Of a stretch of DNA of 64,000 nucleotides, positions 54,101 to 64,000 are shown piece after piece. Source of the stretch: Auanema rhodensis. Its lineage: Eukaryota; Animalia; Nematoda. Numbering within the stretch: the stretch's first letter is position 1; each line of letters begins with the position of its first letter. Where the stretch lies: positions 22,134,001 through 22,198,000 of the forward strand of contig OZ059894.1 of NCBI GenBank assembly GCA_964057225.1, written 5' to 3'. The position numbers and the translations under genes were made by a program. The notes under the pieces are model-generated. The model saw only the letters and a program-made list of their open reading frames with translations. It ran no database searches and was not told where the DNA came from.

Positions 54101-57100
54101 ATTTTTGTCAAAATGTTTTTGGAAGCAATGTTGAGTGTACATGGAAACTCAACATACACTAATGCATCATTTTTCAAACGATCATAACTAATTTTTGTAT
54201 CAAGCGTTTCTTGATGTAGTATAGTGCATTCGATGCGGATTTTTAAGCTGCGTCGATCTGTGTTATCAGATTTGCGCTAGCTTAAAAATGCACCGAGATA
54301 TCAACTGATATAAGTTCACACTTATATCCTCGATTTTCACCCTGAAGAATTAATTTTTTCGTTGAATAACATTGTCCATCGTCTTTGCCTTAAAAAAAGG
54401 AATCTAAAAACATCTACTTTTTGCTAAATTATTCTGAAATTTTTCGAAAAAATTTTTGTCAAAATGTTTTTGGAAGCAATGTTGAGTGTACATGGAAACT
54501 CAACATACACTAATGCATCATTTTTCAAACGATCATAACTAATTTTTGTATCAAACGTTTCTCAATGTAGTATAGTGCATTCGATGCGGATTTTTAAGCT
54601 GCGTCGATCTGTGTTATCAGATTTGCGCTAGCTTAAAAATGCACCGAGATATCAACTGATATAAGTTCACACTTATATCCTCGATTTTCACCCTGAAGAA
54701 TTAATTTTTTCGTTGAATAACATTGTCCATCGTCTTTGCCTTGGAAAAAGGAATCTAAAAACATCTACTTTTTGCTGAATTATTCTGAAATTTTTCGAAA
54801 AAATTTTTGTCAAAATGTTTTTGGAAGCAATGTTGAGTGTACATGGAAACTCAACATACACTAATGCATCATTTTTCAAACGATCATAACTAATTTTTGT
54901 ATTAAGCGTTTCTCAATGTAGTATAGTGCATTCGATGCGGATTTTTAAGCTGCGTCGATCTGTGTTATCAGATTTGCGCTAGCTTAAAAATGCACCGAGA
55001 TATCAACTGATATAAGTTCACACTTATATCCTCGATTTTCACCCTGAAGAATTAATTTTTTCGTTGAATAACATTGTCCATCGTCTTTGCCTTAAAAAAA
55101 GGAATCTAAAAACATCTACTTTTTGCTAAATTATTTTGAAATTTTTCGAAAAAATTTTTGTCAAAATGTTTTTGGAAGCAATGTTGAGTGTACATGGAAA
55201 CTCAACATACACTAATGCATCATTTTTCAAACGATCATAACTAATTTTTGTATCAAACGTTTCTCAATGTAGTATAGTGCATTCGATGCGGATTTTTAAG
55301 CTGCGTCGATCTGTGTTATCAGATTTGCGCTAGCTTAAAAATGCACCGAGATATCAACTGATATAAGTTCACACTTATATCCTCGATTTTCACCCTGAAG
55401 AATTAATTTTTTCGTTGAATAACATTGTCCATCGTCTTTGCCTTGGAAAAAGGAATCTAAAAACATCTACTTTTTGCTGAATTATTCTGAAATTTTTCGA
55501 AAAAATTTTTGTCAAAATGTTTTTGGAAGCAATGTTGAGTGTACATGGAAACTCAACATACACTAATGCATCATTTTTCAAACGATCATAACTAATTTTT
55601 GTATTAAGCGTTTCTCAATGTAGTATAGTGCATTCGATGCGGATTTTTAAGTTGCGTCGATCTGTGTTATCAGATTTGCGCTAGCTTGAAAATGCACCGA
55701 GATATCAACTGATATAAGTTTACACTTATATCCTCGATTTTCACCCTGAAGAATTAATTTTTTCGTTGAATAACATTGTCCATCGTCTTTGCCTTGAAAA
55801 AAGAAATCTAAAAACATCTACTTTTTGCTAAATTATTTTGAAATTTTTCGAAAAAATTTTTGTCAAAATGTTTTTGGAAGCAATGTTGAGTGTACATGGA
55901 AACTCAACATACACTAATGCATCATTTTTCAAACGATCATAACTAATTTTTGTATTAAGCGTTTCTCAATGTAGTATAGTGCATTCGATGCGGATTTTTA
56001 AGCTGCGTCGATCTGTGTTATCAGATTTGCGCTAGCTTAAAAATGCACCGAGATATCAACTGATATAAGTTCACACTTATATCCTCGATTTTCACCCTGA
56101 AGAATTAATTTTTTCGTTGAATAACATTGTCCATCGTCTTTGCCTTAAAAAAAGGAATCTAAAAACATCTACTTTTTGCTAAATTATTTTGAAATTTTTC
56201 GAAAAAATTTTTGTCAAAATATTTTTGGAAGCAATGTTGAGTGTACATGGAAACTCAACATACACTAATGCATCATTTTTCAAACGATCATAACTAATTT
56301 GTGTATTAAGCGTTTCTCAATGTAGTATAGTGCATTCGATGCGGATTTTTAAGCTGCGTCGATCTGTGTTATCAGATTTGCGCTAGCTTAAAAATGCACC
56401 GAGATATCAACTGATATAAGTTCACACTTATATCCTCGATTTTCACCCTGAAGAATTAATTTTTTCGTTGAATAACATTGTCCATCGTCTTTGCCTTAAA
56501 AAAAGGAATCTAAAAACATCTACTTTTAGCTAAATTATTTTGAAATTTTTCGAAAAAATTTTTGTCAAAATGTTTTTGGAAGCAATGTTGAGTGTACATG
56601 GAAACTCAACATACACTAATGCATCATTTTTCAAACGATCATAACTAATTTTTGTATCAAACGTTTCTCAATGTAGTATAGTGCATTCGATGCGGATTTT
56701 TAAGCTGCGTCGATCTGTGTTATCAGATTTGCGCTAGCTTAAAAATGCACCGAGATATCAACTGATATAAGTTCACACTTATATCCTCGATTTTCACCCT
56801 GAAGAATTAATTTTTTCGTTGAATAACATTGTCCATCGTCTTTGCCTTAAAAAAAGGAATCTAAAAACATCTACTTTTAGCTAAATTATTTTGAAATTTT
56901 TCGAAAAAATTTTTGTCAAAATGTTTTTGGAAGCAATGTTGAGTGTACATGGAAACTCAACATACACTAATGCATCATTTTTCAAACGATCATAACTAAT
57001 TTTTGTATCAAACGTTTCTCAATGTAGTATAGTGCATTCGATGCGGATTTTTAAGCTGCGTCGATCTGTGTTATCAGATTTGCGCTAGCTTAAAAATGCA

Positions 57101-59671
57101 CCGAGATATCAACTGATATAAGTTCACACTTATATCCTCGATTTTCACCCTGAAGAATTAATTTTTTCGTTGAATAACATTGTCCATCGTCTTTGCCTTG
57201 AAAAAAGAAATCTAAAAACATCTACTTTTTGCTAAATTATTTTGAAATTTTTCGAAAAAATTTTTGTCAAAATGTTTTTGGAAGCAATGTTGAGTGTACA
57301 TGGAAACTCAACATACACTAATGCATCATTTTTCAAACGATCATAACTAATTTTTGTATTAAGCGTTTCTCAATGTAGTATAGTGCATTCGATGCGGATT
57401 TTTAAGCTGCGTCGATCTGTGTTATCAGATTTGCGCTAGCTTAAAAATGCACCGAGATATCAACTGATATAAGTTCACACTTATATCCTCGATTTTCACC
57501 CTGAAGAATTAATTTTTTCGTTGAATAACATTGTCCATCGTCTTTGCCTTAAAAAAAGGAATCTAAAAACATCTACTTTTTGCTAAATTATTTTGAAATT
57601 TTTCGAAAAAATTTTTGTCAAAATGTTTTTGGAAGCAATGTTGAGTGTACATGGAAACTCAACATACACTAATGCATCATTTTTCAAACGATCATAACTA
57701 ATTTGTGTATTAAGCGTTTCTCAATGTAGTATAGTGCATTCGATGCGGATTTTTAAGCTGCGTCGATCTGTGTTATCAGATTTGCGCTAGCTTAAAAATG
57801 CACCGAGATATCAACTGATATAAGTTCACACTTATATCCTCGATTTTCACCCTGAAGAATTAATTTTTTCGTTGAATAACATTGTCCATCGTCTTTGCCT
57901 TAAAAAAAGGAATCTAAAAACATCTACTTTTAGCTAAATTATTTTGAAATTTTTCGAAAAAATTTTTGTCAAAATGTTTTTGGAAGCAATGTTGAGTGTA
58001 CATGGAAACTCAACATACACTAATGCATCATTTTTCAAACGATCATAACTAATTTGTGTATTAAGCGTTTCTCAATGTAGTATAGTGCATTCGATGCGGA
58101 TTTTTAAGCTGCGTCGATCTGTGTTATCAGATTTGCGCTAGCTTAAAAATGCACCGAGATATCAACTGATATAAGTTCACACTTATATCCTCGATTTTCA
58201 CCCTGAAGAATTAATTTTTTCGTTGAATAACATTGTCCATCGTCTTTGCCTTAAAAAAAGGAATCTAAAAACATCTACTTTTAGCTAAATTATTTTGAAA
58301 TTTTTCGAAAAAATTTTTGTCAAAATGTTTTTGGAAGCAATGTTGAGTGTACATGGAAACTCAACATACACTAATGCATCATTTTTCAAACGATCATAAC
58401 TAATTTTTGTATCAAACGTTTCTCAATGTAGTATAGTGCATTCGATGCGGATTTTTAAGCTGCGTCGATCTGTGTTATCAGATTTGCGCTAGCTTAAAAA
58501 TGCACCGAGATATCAACTGATATAAGTTCACACTTATATCCTCGATTTTCACCCTGAAGAATTAATTTTTTCGTTGAATAACATTGTCCATCGTCTTTGC
58601 CTTGGAAAAAGGAATCTAAAAACATCTACTTTTTGCTGAATTATTCTGAAATTTTTCGAAAAAATTTTTGTCAAAATGTTTTTGGAAGCAATGTTGAGTG
58701 TACATGGAAACTCAACATACACTAATGCATCATTTTTCAAACGATCATAACTAATTTTTGTATTAAGCGTTTCTCAATGTAGTATAGTGCATTCGATGCG
58801 GATTTTTAAGCTGCGTCGATCTGTGTTATCAGATTTGCGCTAGCTTAAAAATGCACCGAGATATCAACTGATATAAGTTTACACTTATATCCTCGATTTT
58901 CACCCTGAAGAATTAATTTTTTCGTTGAATAACATTGTCCATCGTCTTTGCCTTAAAAAAAGGAATCTAAAAACATCTACTTTTTGCTAAATTATTTTGA
59001 AATTTTTCGAAAAAATTTTTGTCAAAATGTTTTTGGAAGCAATGTTGAGTGTACATGGAAACTCAACATACACTAATGCATCATTTTTCAAACGATCATA
59101 ACTAATTTTTGTATCAAGCGTTTCTTGATGTAGTATAGTGCATTCGATGCGGATTTTTAAGCTGCGTCGATCTGTGTTATCAGATTTGCGCTAGCTTAAA
59201 AATGCACCGAGATATCAACTGATATAAGTTCACACTTATATCCTCGATTTTCACCCTGAAGAATTAATTTTTTCGTTGAATAACATTGTCCATCGTCTTT
59301 GCCTTAAAAAAAGGAATCTAAAAACATCTACTTTTTGCTAAATTATTTTGAAATTTTTCGAAAAAATTTTTGTCAAAATGTTTTTGGAAGCAATGTTGAG
59401 TGTACATGGAAACTCAACATACACTAATGCATCATTTTTCAAACGAACATAACTAATTTTTTTATCAAGCGTTTCTCAATGTAGTATAGTGCATTCGATG
59501 CGGATTTTTAAGCTGCGTCGATCTGTGTTATCAAATTTGCGCTAGCTTAAAAATGCACCGAGATATCAACTGATATAAGTTCACACTTATATCCTCGATT
59601 TTCACCCTGAAGAATTAATTTTTTCGTTGAATAACATTGTCCATCGTCTTTGCCTTAAAAACGGGAATCTA

Positions 59672-61777
59672 AAAACATCTACTTTTTGCTAAATTATTTT
59701 GAAATTTTTCGAAAAAATTTTTGTCAAAATGTTTTTGGAAGCAATGTTGAGTGTACATGGAAACTCAACATACACTAATGCATCATTTTTCAAACGATCA
59801 TAACTAATTTTTGTATTAAGCGTTTCTCAATGTAGTATAGTGCATTCGATGCGGATTTTTAAGCTGCGTCGATCTGTGTTATCAGATTTGCGCTAGCTTA
59901 AAAATGCACCGAGATATCAACTGATGTAAGTTCACACTTATATCCTCGATTTTCACCCTGAAGAATTAATTTTTTCGTTGAATAACATTGTCCATCTTCT
60001 TTGCCTTGAAAAAAGGAATCTAAAAACATCTACTTTTTGCTAAATTATTTTGAAATTTTTCGAAAAAATTTTTGTCAAAATGTTTTTGGAAGCAATGTTG
60101 AGTGTACATGGAAACTCAACATACACTAATGCATCATTTTTCAAACGATCATAACTAATTTTTGTATCAAGCGTTTCTTGATGTAGTATAGTGCATTCGA
60201 TGCGGATTTTTAAGCTGCGTCGATCTGTGTTATCAGATTTGCGCTAGCTTAAAAATGCACCGAGATATCAACTGATATAAGTTCACACTTATATCCTCGA
60301 TTTTCACCCTGAAGAATTAATTTTTTCGTTGAATAACATTGTCCATCGTCTTTGCCTTAAAAAAAGGAATCTAAAAACATCTACTTCTTGCTAAATTATT
60401 CTGAAATTTTTCGAAAAAATTTTTGTCAAAATGTTTTTGGAAGCAATGTTGAGTGTACATGGAAACTCAACATACACTAATGCATCATTTTTCAAACGAT
60501 CATAACTAATTTTTGTATCAAGCGTTTCTTGATGTAGTATAGTGCATTCGATGCGGATTTTTAAGCTGCGTCGATCTGTGTTATCAGATTTGCGCTAGCT
60601 TAAAAATGCACCGAGATATCAACTGATGTAAGTTCACACTTATATCCTCGATTTTCACCCTGAAGAATTAATTTTTTCGTTGAATAACATTGTCCATCTT
60701 CTTTGCCTTGAAAAAAGGAATCTAAAAACATCTACTTTTTGCTAAATTATTTTGAAATTTTTCGAAAAAATTTTTGTCAAAATGTTTTTGGAAGCAATGT
60801 TGAGTGTACATGGAAACTCAACATACACTAATGCATCATTTTTCAAACGATCATAACTAATTTTTGTATTAAGCGTTTCTCAATGTAGTATAGTGCATTC
60901 GATGCGGATTTTTAAGCTGCGTCGATCTGTGTTATCAGATTTGCGCTAGCTTAAAAATGCACCGAGATATCAACTGATGTAAGTTCACACTTATATCCTC
61001 GATTTTCACCCTGAAGAATTAATTTTTTCGTTGAATAACATTGTCCATCTTCTTTGCCTTGAAAAAAGGAATCTAAAAACATCTACTTTTTGCTAAATTA
61101 TTTTGAAATTTTTCGAAAAAATTTTTGTCAAAATGTTTTTGGAAGCAATGTTGAGTGTACATGGAAACTCAACATACACTAATGCATCATTTTTCAAACG
61201 ATCATAACTAATTTTTGTATCAAGCGTTTCTTGATGTAGTATAGTGCATTCGATGCGGATTTTTAAGCTGCGTCGATCTGTGTTATCAGATTTGCGCTAG
61301 CTTAAAAATGCACCGAGATATCAACTGATATAAGTTCACACTTATATCCTCGATTTTCACCCTGAAGAATTAATTTTTTCGTTGAATAACATTGTCCATC
61401 GTCTTTGCCTTAAAAAAAGGAATCTAAAAACATCTACTTCTTGCTAAATTATTCTGAAATTTTTCGAAAAAATTTTTGTCAAAATGTTTTTGGAAGCAAT
61501 GTTGAGTGTACATGGAAACTCAACATACACTAATGCATCATTTTTCAAACGATCATAACTAATTTTTGTATCAAGCGTTTCTTGATGTAGTATAGTGCAT
61601 TCGATGCGGATTTTTAAGCTGCGTCGATCTGTGTTATCAGATTTGCGCTAGCTTAAAAATGCACCGAGATATCAACTGATATAAGTTCACACTTATATCC
61701 TCGATTTTCACCCTGAAGAATTAATTTTTTCGTTGAATAACATTGTCCATCGTCTTTGCCTTAAAAACGGGAATCTA
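59672..61777. repeat. Local 3-monomer duplication, m171-173 / m174-176
   Basis: Private CTTCTTGC variant at 60387 and 61440 (1053 bp apart); GATGTAAG + CATCTTC are shared by m171 and m174. Confidence 0.75.
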
Positions 61778-64000
61778 AAAACATCTACTTTTTGCTAAAT
61801 TATTTTGAAATTTTTCGAAAAAATTTTTGTCAAAATGTTTTTGGAAGCAATGTTGAGTGTACATGGAAACTCAACATACACTAATGCATCATTTTTCAAA
61901 CGATCAAAACAAATTTTTGTATTAAGCGTTTCTCAATGTAGTATAGTGCATTCGATGCGGATTTTTAAGCTGCGTCGATCTGTGTTATCAGATTTGCGCT
62001 AGCTTAAAAATGCACCGAGATATCAACTGATGTAAGTTCACACTTATATCCTCGATTTTCACCCTGAAGAATTAATTTTTTCGTTGAATAACATTGTCCA
62101 TCTTCTTTGCCTTGAAAAAAGGAATCTAAAAACATCTACTTTTTGCTAAATTATTTTGAAATTTTTCGAAAAAATTTTTGTCAAAATGTTTTTGGAAGCA
62201 ATGTTGAGTGTACATGGAAACTCAACATACACTAATGCATCATTTTTCAAACGATCATAACTAATTTTTGTATCAAGCGTTTCTTGATGTAGTATAGAGC
62301 ATTCGATGCGGATTTTTGAGCTGCGTCGATCTGTGTTATCAGATTTGCGCTAGCTTAAAAATGCACCGAGATATCAACTGATATAAGTTCACACTTATAT
62401 CCTCGATTTACACCCTGAAGAATTAATTTTTTCGTTGAATAACATTGTCCTTCGTCTTTGCCTTGAAAAAAGAAATCTAAAAACATCTACTTTTTGCTAA
62501 ATTATTTTGAAATTTTTCGAAAAAATTTTTGTCAAAATGTTTTTGGAAGCAATGTTGAGTGTACATGGAAACTCAACATACACTAATGCATCATTTTTCA
62601 AACGATCATAACTAATTTTTGTATCAAACGTTTCTCAATGTAGTATAGTGCATTCGATGCGGATTTTTAAGCTGCGTCGATCTGTGTTATCAGATTTGCG
62701 CTAACTTAAAAATGCACCGAGATATCAACTGATATAAGTTCACACATATATCCTCGATTTTCACCCTGAAGAATTAATTTTTTCGTTGAATAACATTGTC
62801 CATCGTCTTTGCCTTGGAAAAAGGAATCTAAAAACATCTACTTTTTGCTGAATTATTCTGAAATTTTTCGAAAAAATTTTTGTCAAAATGTTTTTGGAAG
62901 CAATGTTGAGTGTACATGGAAACTCAACATACACTAATGCATCATTTTTCAAACGATCATAACTAATTTTTGTATTAAGCGTTTCTCAATGTAGTATAGT
63001 GCATTCGATGCGGATTTTTAAGCTGCGTCGATCTGTGTTATCAGATTTGCGCTAGCTTAAAAATGCACCGAGATATCAACTGATATAAGTTCACACTTAT
63101 ATCCTCGATTTTCACCCTGAAGAATTAATTTTTTCGTTGAATAACATTGTCCATCGTCTTTGCCTTAAAAAAAGGAATCTAAAAACATCTACTTTTTGCT
63201 AAATTATTTTGAAATTTTTCGAAAAAATTTTTGTCAAAATGTTTTTGGAAGCAATGTTGAGTGTACATGGAAACTCAACATACACTAATGCATCATTTTT
63301 CAAACGAACATAACTAATTTTTTTATCAAGCGTTTCTCAATGTAGTATAGTGCATTCGATGCGGATTTTTAAGCTGCGTCGATCTGTGTTATCAAATTTG
63401 CGCTAGCTTAAAAATGCACCGAGATATCAACTGATATAAGTTCACACTTATATCCTCGATTTTCACCCTGAAGAATTAATTTTTTCGTTGAATAACATTG
63501 TCCATCGTCTTTGCCTTAAAAACAGGAATCTAAAAACATCTACTTTTTGCTAAATTATTTTGAAATTTTTCGAAAAAATTTTTGTCAAAATGTTTTTGGA
63601 AGCAATGTTGAGTGTACATGGAAACTCAACATACACTAATGCATCATTTTTCAAACGATCAAAACTAATTTTTGTATTAAGCGTTTCTCAATGTAGTATA
63701 GTGCATTCGATGCGGATTCTTAAGCTGCGTCGATCTGTGTTATCAGATTTGCGCTAGCTTAAAAATGCACCGAGATATCAACTGATATAAGTTCACACTT
63801 ATATCCTCGATTTTCACCCTGAAGAATTAATTTTTTCGTTGAATAACATTGTCCATCGTCTTTGCCTTAAAAAAAGGAATCTAAAAACATCTACTTTTTG
63901 CTAAATTATTTTGAAATTTTTCGAAAAAATTTTTGTCAAAATGTTTTTGGAAGCAATGTTGAGTGTACATGGAAACTCAACATACACTAATGCATCATTT

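Larger units (their letters stand above)
1..64000. repeat. Tandem satellite DNA array, 351-bp AT-rich monomer, ~182.3 head-to-tail copies, extending beyond both window edges
   Basis: AAAACATCTACTTTTTGCT recurs at 1, 352, 7021 (20x351+1), 28081 (80x351+1), 35102 and 63884 (shifted by +1 after one insertion). No non-repeat sequence was seen. Copies differ by a handful of substitutions. Confidence 0.99.

Noticed and set aside
8004-62952. Repeated 63-aa minus-strand ORFs (MKNDALVYVEF...)
   Set aside because: They exist only where A20G turns a minus-strand TAG into CAG. Most copies carry the stop. The start is non-ATG, the composition is A/T-tract-driven and no domain is recognisable.
29161-63757. 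Repeated 65-aa plus-strand ORFs (MKFFEKIFVKM...)
   Set aside because: They require T28, T130A (removing TAA) and TGA->CAA at 157-159 together, which happens in only 5 of 182 copies. These are chance open frames.
1-64000. CRISPR array or a cassette array with variable inserts
   Set aside because: There are no unique spacers: the sequence between hairpins is as conserved as the hairpins, and no cas or integrase genes are present.

Overview
The whole 64 kb is one uninterrupted head-to-tail tandem satellite array of a 351-bp monomer: 182 complete copies plus a 117-bp partial copy, all in the same orientation. GC is about 32% by hand count of copy 1. I see no genes, transposon insertions or unique sequence. 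Monomers differ at only a few substitutions drawn from a small recurring set of sites, and I found a single indel (+1 T at 34614-34617). All ORFs in the track are artefacts of SNPs that remove stop codons in some copies. The monomer is almost completely tiled by inverted repeats (perfect stems of 9, 11 and 9 bp plus several shorter ones) and carries roughly 10-bp-phased A/T tracts. Linked SNPs reveal local higher-order duplications (3-, 4-, 10- and 12/13-mers), hybrid monomers, alternating variant domains and a decayed ancestral higher-order order. This is most consistent with eukaryotic (peri)centromeric or heterochromatic satellite DNA. An invertebrate host is plausible because CpG is not depleted, but I cannot assign the family or species. 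Monomer n (mN) starts at 1+351(n-1) for n<=99 and at 2+351(n-1) thereafter; 'pos' means position within the monomer.
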